A DNA stretch of 64,000 nucleotides. Source: Paragordius varius (taxonomy: Eukaryota; Animalia; Nematomorpha). Of this stretch, positions 53,801 through 64,000 are shown piece after piece (position 1 is the stretch's first letter; the number at the start of each line of letters is the position of its first letter). Under the pieces are notes generated by a model. That model was not told where the DNA came from and searched no databases. It saw nothing but the letters and a program-made list of their open reading frames with translations. The position numbers and the translations under genes were made by a program. The stretch is taken from assembly GCA_964247055.1 (NCBI GenBank), contig OZ176050.1, forward strand, positions 14,942,001 through 15,006,000, read 5' to 3'.

Positions 53801-54421
53801 TTTAATAAATATTTTTTAATCCAAAAAATAGCGAATTTTTTATTAAAATTTTTGATGATGGTTTATTAAAAACTAGCTTGCCTCCAAATATGTATTTTAT
53901 TTATTTTATTAAAAATTATGTTACCGTAACAAGATTCCAGGGGGTTTCCGTCTCAGACGTAAAGATATTTGGTTTAATTTCAATTTTGGGAGCTTTATTA
54001 TCGATTCCATTCGCAATATCTAGGTTATGATACTAAAATTATATCTTATATAATACAATATTTTCCAAAGCTGAGTCATTCAATTCAGATAAAATTCTCA
54101 TCTTTTCAGGGAACAAACTTGAGTGCTTAAGAGACGAGGTGGCAGCAGGATTCATAACACTGGTAGTATCTTTGAGCCTAATGTTAGATTAAGCACAAAA
54201 ATATATACAGGTTCCAAAGTTTCTTCGAAATAACTTCAACATTTTTATCCATACGTTCAACATTATTTTGACACACGTATAAATCATCAGTGACAAGATT
54301 GTGTAACAAATTAGTTTGTTTAGTACATGCCACCACATTTTCAAAAACACCCTACATACATAATATAAGTCAAAATATTTACATTAAATAATTCTTGATT
54401 GTCGGCTTCTGGAGAAAACAT
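35807..54421 (-). CDS. EXOSC10: Exosome component 10 / RRP6 (PMC2NT, DEDD exonuclease, HRDC), 21 exons, ~1093 aa
   Basis: Exons 54383-54421, 54209-54351, 54057-54177, 53925-54032, 53270-53476, 52111-52223, 51448-51538, 50666-50776, 50046-50189, 48950-49140, 47295-47527, 46431-46741, 45635-45783, 45416-45466, 43768-43882, 42318-42452, 40994-41380, 38777-38934, 38115-38281, 36585-36776, 35807-35922. All GT-AG and phase-consistent (3282 nt). Motifs [73 protein letters not shown]. Confidence 0.93.
44837..45214. mobile_element. Foldback-like MITE (21-bp subrepeat family), well-preserved copy
   Basis: TATACCATTTACAGTTCAAATTCACCCT ... AGGGTGAATTTGAACTGTAAATGGTATA; other copies near 36850-37430, 40430-40730, 43390-43690, 48440-48780, 49315-49592, 50810-51035. 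Confidence 0.8.
47649..47934. mobile_element. Tc1/pogo-type MITE (TA|CAGTA ends), representative of a very abundant family
   Basis: TACAGTAAAAA.TTGAAATT..ACGGACAAAA... and inverted ...TTTTGTCC.TATAATTTCAATTTTTACTGTA; further copies near 7125-7400, 9472-9840, 36185-36530, 39189-39475, 39868-40310, 42028-42320, 42848-43240, 44416-44711, 62340-62420. Confidence 0.8.
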
Positions 54422-55733
54422 AAGTCAAAAATTTAAAAACCGAACGCAAAAAAGACTTTTGCATTCTTTTTGGCTGATAAAATTAAGGTGTATATATAGG
54501 TTTAAAATATATGTTTTTAAACGTATATTAAAAAATGCTAACCTTGATTATTTGCCCAAAATATTAATCCAATTACGATAAGTTTTTACGATGTTTTTAA
54601 AAATAAGTTAATTATTTCTCTTTTGAAATTAAATGAAAGATGCGGGGATATACTGAGGAATATGGCTCTGTCACCATACATTAGTAATACTGACTAAAAT
54701 AAATTAAAGAGCTGCAGAAATATCTGATCTCAGAAGACATTGTTTTATCGATAAAAGTTTTATAGCCTGACTCGTTCGGAGCTATGTGTACTCACAATAA
54801 TAATATAGTAAATAGTAGTAAAACTCCATATTTTTTCAGCTTAAATACCATTAAGTCGCATTTATATTAAAATATTTGAAAAGTTGGCGCTTTTTCAAAA
54901 AATCTATTGTAGCTATAACGTTTAAAATGTCATATTTTAGAAAAGTTGTAGTAAAACAGAGGGGCATTATAAAAGTATTGAAAATTACCATGCATATTTT
55001 TCCCAAATTGTTTGTTTAAATTCTTGAATTACCAAGTGTAAGGTTTAACTGGAATACTAATATCAAAAAAATGGATTCATTGAAGGCTCGTTAGCGAATC
55101 TATATAAACAGCGTGCAGAAAATAGATGAAATATATACATATTTGATAGAAAAAATCAAGATTATCATAAAGTTTGTTTTCCCTAAATTATTTACACTTT
55201 TTGGTAAGTGCTCCATAATAGGAATGGCAAAATTGGCCACATTGTTTAATACTCATGGCCTTTTGGGATAATTTTATATTTTCGACTATTCAAAATTTAA
55301 ATTTATATATGTTCTATATGCTTTTACGCGCATAATAAAAGAATTTTGTTTATAAATAATTTATAATTGTAAAATAATTCCCCATCTCAAACTTTTCGCC
55401 GCCATTTTCTTCTTTTAATTTATTAAATGGCTAATACATTACCCAAATGAATTTATATTATGGTTAGAAAATGTAAACAATTTTTAAGCTTTCAATTGCA
55501 TTAACCATCCAAACTGATATTTATTGATTTTAAGAAAAAAGTTTAGTATTGTGTTTTTCTGTCCCATAGAATTGTTTTTATCTAATACAGGCGGAATATG
55601 TTTGACCATTTAAAATAATTTTATAAGGAGTTATTTTTCACAATATTGAACTGGATACAAAAGTCCCCCAATATGTCGCGGACAAAACGTTAATAGGTCC
55701 TGAAGTGTTAAATAACGTTTAAAGCTAAATCTT

Positions 55734-56770
55734 TGGGTGGGGTGATAAAAAAGTCGCACTTGACTTTTAAGCCAAGCGTGGCAAGTTGAGCAAGATTACT
55801 TAAGCCAGCAAGTATACACTTGAAGATCGGTGATAAAAAAAACACTTAAGTCAAGTCTTTTGCTTATGAATGTAACAGTTTTTTGCCACCCAATTCGAAT
55901 TTTATGGAAACTTTTTTGATCATTTTTATCTAAAATTTATGAAATAAGGCACAAAAAGATAAACAATAAATCCAATATGCATTTATTGAAGTTTTACAAA
56001 CTCACTGGCACCGTATATTATTTAATATATAGAGTTTTTAAAATTGTGAGCCTGGTAATAATTTTTAGATTGATGAAACCATTCGCCCTTAAGAGACTTT
56101 CCATTATTTCACCACACTACTTATTTTGTTTGGAGTCTTGCAAATATAATGGAAAGATGTTTATACAATATAACATGATTATTTTTAATTGATTATAAAC
56201 ATTACACTAGGAATAAATTTATGATGAAATAAAGTCTTTACATTGGTTAATAGTGAAGTTTTGCTTCTAAACCAAGATTTGAAATTTTACAAGATTAATA
56301 TTTAATTATTAATTTTAATAAATTTTCGAGAATCCAATTTTTTTTGCGGTCACGGAATTGATATATTTAGCATATTTTTATATGTCATGTTATTAAATAT
56401 TAGCAGAGTTTTTCTATAAATTTATCCTCTTTTATATCCACCCAATGAATTGATTAATTAGCCAAATTTTATAAAATTAACAACTTATAGCATTATCAAA
56501 GGTTTGAATTACATATAAAACCTAAATTTTATACATAAATAGGTTCCAAAATAATTTTATCCATATTTTTAAATCTGTCAAGTGTGCCCTACACCACACT
56601 TGCAAAATCTTTAAGTTTTACTTGATCATATGATTTTTTATCACCTCCTTATCAAGTTTTCTTGCTTAACTTATGTCGTGTAATGTTAATTTTTTTTATG
56701 ACATGAAAGCAAGCCATGACTTGAAAAACTTGCAAGTCAAGTCAAAAAAAATTTTTTATCACCCGACCCT
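55734..56770. mobile_element. Non-autonomous TIR element
   Basis: Ends TGGGTGGGGTGATAAAA / TTTTATCACCCGACCCT; partial inverted copy at ~59400-60030; no TSD found. Confidence 0.5.
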
Positions 56771-56878
56771 TTATTCCGATAATATCAGTAAAATACATTA
56801 TAAACTAAAATCATTTCAACCAATATCAATTTTAGACAATAATAAAACAAAAATAATGGTTACATTTTTAGTTTATTC

Positions 56879-59342
56879 CAGTGATACTCAAACCGCGGCC
56901 CGCGGGCCGCATGCGGCCCTAAGAGTGCTTTAAAATGGCCCTTTGACCATATTGATATTTATATTATTTTTTTAACACATAAACGAATTTTCGATTATTT
57001 TAATATTAATATATTTTCTTTAGATTTAATTTTGGTAGTTTTTATTTTTTACCCAATTCAAAATATAGAAAAATTTCCCTACATTAAAATAATTTCAAAA
57101 TTTTGGCACACTTTGTTTCTGTTTCTGTATTCTATTTTCTTTTCTATTTTGAAATTTTTATTGCATTCCTTTTTTGTATTTAAGCAAGCACCCAAACTTG
57201 CATATACATAATCATTTCATAGTTATCCTGCCTCATTTTTTATAACTCATTCCCATAAAATATTTTTCAAATAAACATTATTAATTTCAACTTAATTTTT
57301 TTATAGCGTAATTCATATTTCTATTTTTTGAAAAAATTTACATAATATTTAAACATAAATTCAAAGGATGACATCTAATGCTAAAAAACGTAAATTATTC
57401 GATGAAAATCGCCTTTTAAAAAAGAATGGGAAGAAATATTCTTTGTCGTTTAAAATAAAATGTTGTTACCTACCTTATATGTAAGGACAACATTATTATA
57501 AAAAAATACAATTAGGAAAGAATTTTACAATCCATTTTTCTCATAAATTACCAGAAAATCATGAGGAAAAACGAAAAATATAAAAAGATTAAGGAATTAT
57601 ACCAGAAAGGAAAATCTATTATGTCCATAACTTTCTCCCAGAAATAAGTTGTATAATTAGCTTCATATAATACTTGTTATATATTAGGAAAAAATATGAA
57701 ACCGTTTACCCAACTAAAAGAATGTCTAATAAATGGTTGCACTTTTTTATTTGATAAATTCCATATAAAGATCAAATCATGAGGCAAATTAAAAAACTTC
57801 AACTTTCTGCAACATGTGCTCGACGCATTGAAGATATGTCTAAATATATTTTTAACAATACATTATTGGCTCTGAAAAACTGCATATATTTTAGTAATGC
57901 TATTGATTCTAGCACTGATATTAGTACAACACTTCAATGTGCGCTCTTCGTAAGATTTTGCAACGACAACATAACCAACGATAAATATTTAAAATTTTTA
58001 TCAATGAATAATACCACGAAAGGAAGTGATTTTCCCGAAATAATTAACACTTTTTTCGATTGTAATGGTATATCTATGAAAAATTGGTTTCGATCTGCAC
58101 AGATGGCTGTCCCTCTATGATTGCAATAACCAATATATTTATTCCTCTTTTGAAAAACATATATAATTTACAAAATATATTATCCTTTCACTGCTTTATT
58201 CATCAAACTTGGTTTCGCGTTCACTCAATTCAGTGATACAAACGGTTATGGATATAATTAACCACATCTGTGGCAGAGAATTTAACCGCCGTAAATTCAA
58301 AAACCTTCTGAAAGATATCCACAGTCAGTTTGATTATATTCTTTTGTACACCGCTTTGAGATGGCTAAGCCTTAGCAGAGTATTAAATATATTTTTTGTT
58401 TTAAGACATATAATTCTATTTTATAAAAGATAACAGAAAGTTTGACGAGGAAATAAATAGTACATATGGTGGTTTATTAGCCTACCTTTGCGACATTACA
58501 TATAAACTTTTTTAATACGTCGTCAAGGAAGCAAAATAATAACTCAATTTGCAAATAAAATATCTTTTAAATATTAATTTTATAAACTAGATTTTATAAA
58601 TTAAACACTCCTATATCTTCCAACACTTAAAACGATTATGAAGAAAATATGGAATTTACCGCGGAGATTAATTTAATAATAGATCATCTAACATTTTTAT
58701 ATAATGATATAATTCAGATTTCAAAAATTAAGATATATTAAATATTGCTTAAAACTCGTTGAAAATCCATGGCATATGATATATTCAATATTAAACAACT
58801 TGAGCATTTCGGTTTTGATCAAGCGCATATTGAAGAATTCGTAGATTTTAAATGATTCCAATTTAGAGGCTATATTCAAGGAAATCTTAGAAAAGAAATA
58901 TATGTGGAGTTTTGGCAAGATGTGCCAAATAAATATGAAAATATAATGTGCTCAAGTTATCCTAATCTTTTTCCCTCAACTTATACGTGCGAGACGTCTT
59001 ATTCATAAATAAAATATGTCAAGAATACATACAGAAACTGCTTAACCGATGATCATATGGACGACGTATTAAGATTGGCCTATCATGAGGTGTAACCAAA
59101 TTTGTCAAAAAATATTGGTTAATATCGAAATAAAATTGTTATCAAAATATTTTAATTTTTAAACTAAATGGTAAACCAGTTTTTAGGATTTACATGAGAT
59201 CCGCAAAAATTCATTGTATGATTTAGAGCATAAATTTGTGCATTTGTGTTAAATAGCTATGGAAGCCATTATAAGGTTCATGGCCCTCGAAAAAAAAATA
59301 TGTTTTATTTGGCCCGTCAAATTTTTTTGGTGAGTACCACTG
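56879..59342 (+). mobile_element. hAT (Charlie/SPIN-like) DNA transposon, decayed transposase
   Basis: TIRs CAGTGATACTCA/TGAGTACCACTG; perfect 8-bp TSD GTTTATTC (56871-56878, 59343-59350); fragments LSATCARRIEDM..YFSNAIDSSTDISTTLQCALFVRF and LLYTALRWLS. Confidence 0.92.
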
Positions 59343-61488
59343 GTTTATTCTATATTTATTGATTATATTGTTTTATTTCATTTATTGATTTACCATGGAT
59401 GTAAATTTTTTTGACTCGACTTGACTTTCAAGTTTTTCCAGTCATGACTTGTTCTCATGTGATAAAAAAACTTAACATTACTTGACTTATGTCAAGCAAA
59501 AAAACTTGATTCTTTTTTAATAAAAAATCATATGAGCAGGTAAAAATGTTGATGGTTTTTAAAGTGTGGTGTAGGGCACACTTAAAAGATTCAAAATGTG
59601 GAGACAATTATTTTGGAAACTATTTATGTATATAATTTAAGTTTTATATAAAATCTTTGTTAATACTATAAACTGTTTATTTGATTTTTTGACATTTAAC
59701 CTATTTATATAGGGTGGATTCAAAGAGGATAACTTTTTTAGATAAAAACTTCTAATTAAGAATAATGCAAAAAATATGCTAAAATTATCAATTCCATGAC
59801 CCAGAAATAAAATTTACGACTTAAAATTATTAATATTAATCTATTAATTAATTTGAAATTTAATGTTTACAATAAATTAAAACTAATAATATGTTACATT
59901 GTATAAACATTTTTTAATTATATTTGTATATGTCCCTAACAAAATGAGTGGTGTGTTAAAATGATAGTGCCATATTTTTCTTTAGAGAATGGATGACAAA
60001 TAATTCACTTTTTAAATCCCTTGAACATAATTTCATAATTTAACTTTGATTTCAATAAGAGTTAAATATTAACTTTAATAAGGACAGTTTTATTATGGTC
60101 GATTTCGGGTAATAGCAATGTTTATGCCCATGCGAAAACCCCTAAAAGAATAACATTCTTTTTTATATAAATGTTTTTAAATATTTTATTATCTCATATA
60201 CCTCTATTTATTGGAAATTATTAATAATAATTATCGGAGAGACTATGCCACAGCGGTGATAGGGCTAACTAGCTTTGATTATATATATATTAAGGGTAAC
60301 AGGTTTTAAATTAGCCGTCCTAGCTTATGTGTGATACAATCCCATAATATAACTTTTAACCAATATTTCGCAAAAAAAAATAAAATAAAATCCAATAATA
60401 GTTGAAAACTAATTTAAATTAGGGACAGCCGATTAATACCAATATTTGAGGATGTGCAAAAATCCGTAAAAAAATGTTTAATAAAATATCCTGATAATAT
60501 ATATATATATATATATTCTGCCGATATCATGATTCATGATAATTTTGGTTTTAGCCTGATAATTTATCTTGTTAACACTTTAGTGATAACTCCTCCATAT
60601 ACAAAAATGGCATATATGCGCTTATTTTTTCATTAAAATTTTTTTTGGTGGCTAAATACTTTATTCCAAAAATATTAAAAAACATCATACCTACCTATAA
60701 AAAGCAAAATAATAATTTTAAAATTTTTAATTTTTAGATGTGGGCTCCGAACTTAAATTTTTTCGGCCTAGTTTTTTTAAAATTAAAACAAAAATGCAGT
60801 GAATGCGCCATAAAATTATATATATATAGATATATATATGCTGAATTATGATAACTAAAATATTTTTTTAAAGGCATACTTTGTAGAAAATCTTAGCAAT
60901 TCGTACTTCATGATACTTTGATGCATGATGGAAACGCAAATGTTTTTAGATTCATAAAAGTCTGTTTCTAAATAACTGATGCTGAGCATTTGTATCAAAT
61001 TTCGATTAAAATATTTGTTATTCTTTTAAATATAAATTGTATTTTTTACAAAAATTTACATAAACTTCAAAGTAAACATTTTTTTCAATTAAATTATGAA
61101 GCGCTAATCATTATCTTTAATTTATGCAAAAAACTGTTTTAGTAGTATCTAAAACCGTTTTACTTCCGTTTCCATCATGGCAAAACTAGAATGAAGTACG
61201 CTCCAATAAATTGCTAAAAATATATTTTTGAAAAGCGATGCATGTTATAAAGATATTTTTAGTTGATATTAAATACTTTGCATATAAAAATTTTATCATG
61301 CAATCCAACATTATTACTTTTAAATTGAGAGAACTAACCCATTCTTGAATTGGAAAATATGGGACTTTCGGAGCTCACATCTAAAAATTATTTTTTTTAA
61401 AAAAATATTGTTTTGCTTTTTATAGGTTAAAATTTAACAATATTTTTTGGAATGACGCATTTAGCTTTCATCAAAAAAATTTATTTAA

Positions 61489-62209
61489 CACTTCGATTGA
61501 AATTGGGGTATCTAGATACCCCAGACCATATTTAAGTTGATATTTTTAAAAAATTATTGAAAGAAACGTTCCCAATTTTTTATGCTCCTATCCTAATAAA
61601 AATTATATAATTAAGCCAAATAAAATTTAAGTTTGAATAAAAAGTATCATATTAAACTAGTTCGGTGCCATTTTTATTTTGCAACATCTTTGCAAAATAT
61701 CGTGTGATAATTTTAAAACCAAGATTAAATGTAATTTTTCATTTATATTACATCCAACATTGATAGAAAGAAAAGGTGGTTTATTGTGTCTATTTTGAAA
61801 TCCAGCTAATGCACACATGTCATGTTGACTAAATTTTTACCTTGCGGTTTTACCTTAAAGTAGGTAATATTTTTGATGGAACTACAACACTTTTTGCGTG
61901 GTATCATGTTTATATTATTCTATGCTATATCACATTTAACATTAGTATCTCATGCAAACATGTTGGCTTAAGTTATATCTTTGGGTTTAAACGCTGAAGT
62001 AATATCCAGCATTTTTCAATATTTTTTGTACTCGGTTCATTAATGTTATAAATAGTAAAACATAATACTCGTAACCAATATTGTTTTTCAAAATTAAACA
62101 GATACTTTTTTAAAACTTGAATACAACACATTCATTTTAGTCCTTCAATTCATGCGGTATAGAAGGAATAAATCTGGGGTATTTAGATACCCCAATTTGT
62201 ATCAAAGTG
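61489..62209. mobile_element. piggyBac-type MITE
   Basis: TTAA on both sides (61485-61488, 62210-62213); ~37-bp TIRs CACTTCGATTGAAATTGGGGTATCTAGATACCCCAGA vs CACTTTGATACAAATTGGGGTATCTAAATACCCCAGA. Confidence 0.8.
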
Positions 62210-62619
62210 TTAAACCTTAATTTTTCCTATATTAGCTATTCAATAACGATGGTAATATATTAATTAATCGTTAGTAATATATGTATCTACTTCACACCTT
62301 GCAATATTAAATCAAGAGTTATATTAAAAAGAATGAAGATTTTAAAGTATGGTTGTCTTTTAGAAAAAATATTTGTCTTTATATTTTTACGTTTTGTCCG
62401 TATAATTTGAATTTTTACTGTAAGTGTTTTGCCATGTTTTAATCCCATTTATTTTTATTGTTTAATTTTGAACAAGATTGGAATATCCAACGACCCCAAT
62501 CTGGCGAAGAATTAAAATGAATGCGTTGTATCCAATTGTAAACCCTAAAATATTTTATAATACAAGCGTGGTGCGCACATTCATCCATGTGTTAATTATT
62601 TAAATTAATTTAAATTAAC

Positions 62620-63279
62620 ATGTTAACTATGCAAATATATTTATTATTTCTCATCAGTATAATATCTCCTTCAATATATCTGGCTAAAGATTGTTCTTAC
62701 ACCAAAGTAATTAAAGGCTTTTTATGTGTATCTTAGAAATGCAATCCAACCAATCCAAACATGATAAATATTCATTTGATACCGCATACCCACGATGATG
62801 CTGGTTGGCTTAAAACTGTAGATCAATATTACATTGGAAGTTTGATTAGCTAATTATACAAAAAATAAAAAAATTTGAATCCCGAATTCATATAAAAACT
62901 TTTTATATAAGGTCGAAAATCAATTGATTCCGCCGGCGTGCAATACATTATCGATTCGGTTATGCATGAATTGTATCAAAACCCAACCCGGAAATTTTCG
63001 TACGTTGAAGGCAGTTTTATGCAAAGATGGTTGGCTAATCACGATACTCAACGACATCAGATTCAAAACCTTGTGGATGATGGTTAATTTAATTTTTTCT
63101 TTAAAACAATTTTCAAACTTTTTAGAAATCCCAATTTTAAAATCCAAATATTTTTTGTTTAGGTCGATTGGAAATTTTATCGGGTGGTTGGGTCATGAAT
63201 GATGAAGCATGTGCTCATTACAGTGATATCATAACACAAATGACACTAGGTTTCAAAATTTACAAGGATGCGTTTGGAG
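62620..63279 (+). CDS. MAN2B1: Lysosomal alpha-mannosidase (GH38), first four exons; gene continues beyond
   Basis: Exons 62620-62706 (signal peptide, CSYTK), 62737-62839 ([23 protein letters not shown]), 62912-63082 ([10 protein letters not shown]...RKFSYVE), 63163-63279 ([18 protein letters not shown]). Confidence 0.93.
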
Positions 63280-63631
63280 GTATTTTATTTTTTTTATTTT
63301 TAATTTTTGGTGATTTTTTCTAAAATATGAATAATTTTTGTTTTTTATCCAATTATATTTTTATTCATTGAAAAATTCAAGCATTTTAATGTTAAAATAA
63401 TGACCAGATGTATATCTCATAGTGCATACAATGTAATTTGTTTTTGTGTTAAAAATACTTAAAAAAATTAAGATTTTTTGCAATTTAGATATATATGATT
63501 GATTTATGAAATAATAAGAACTTTGGCTGTTTATTCAATTTAAAAAGAAACGCGGAAAAAATGTTTTATTATATAGGTAATTAAATACATATCCTACTTG
63601 TATAATATTTAAGCATGTCAAAAGGTAAAGT

Positions 63632-63666
<35 letters not shown>

Positions 63667-64000
63667 TAATTATTTTTTGATTAGTTCCATATATTACAAT
63701 AATTTGTTTTAATTTGCAATTAACGTATAAAATAAATATATACATTTTTTTTCAAAAGTTATATATATTAAAATCGATATATATATATATATATATATAC
63801 AAGGAATATTGATTTAGGTGTTGTTTTACAGACAACTTTAATTTTGGCTTATTATATAATATATTCAAAAATCAAAAATTTTTTAATATATTTTAAACCA
63901 TATATTAAAAAATAATTTTAAGCTGAACATATGGTACTGTTTCTAAAAAAATTATATTTATTATAAAAAAGAATAATTTTACAAGCCGTGGTAAAATGAG

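Overview
AT-rich animal genomic DNA. Protein genes: a secreted single-VWA-domain gene (-), a Mab-21 orthologue with large insertions (+), a complete 21-exon EXOSC10/RRP6 (-), and the 5' part of a lysosomal alpha-mannosidase (+). DNA-transposon relics (two hAT copies with 8-bp TSDs, several MITE families) are abundant. The standout is an orphan, decayed rDNA unit (ETS-18S-ITS1-5.8S-ITS2-28S, - strand, ~18366-24880). Its 28S stops at ...GTTACCACA(GG)GAT, the peptidyl-transferase-loop position equivalent to E. coli 23S U2449. It is followed by a head-to-tail array of three elements, each starting right after a copy of that target and each opening with an HDV-like ribozyme fold. The array is short element A (18025-18365), a ~3.8 kb RTE-clade APE+RT retrotransposon B with C-terminal C2H2 fingers (14170-17959), and short element C (13635-14040, a relative of A). 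This looks like a 28S-site-specific RTE family with non-autonomous partners, at a site not used by the R elements I know. Separately, two conserved genes appear to need introns of only 24-31 nt alongside kb-size MITE-filled introns. All gene models, folds and alignments were done by eye; no database search was run.
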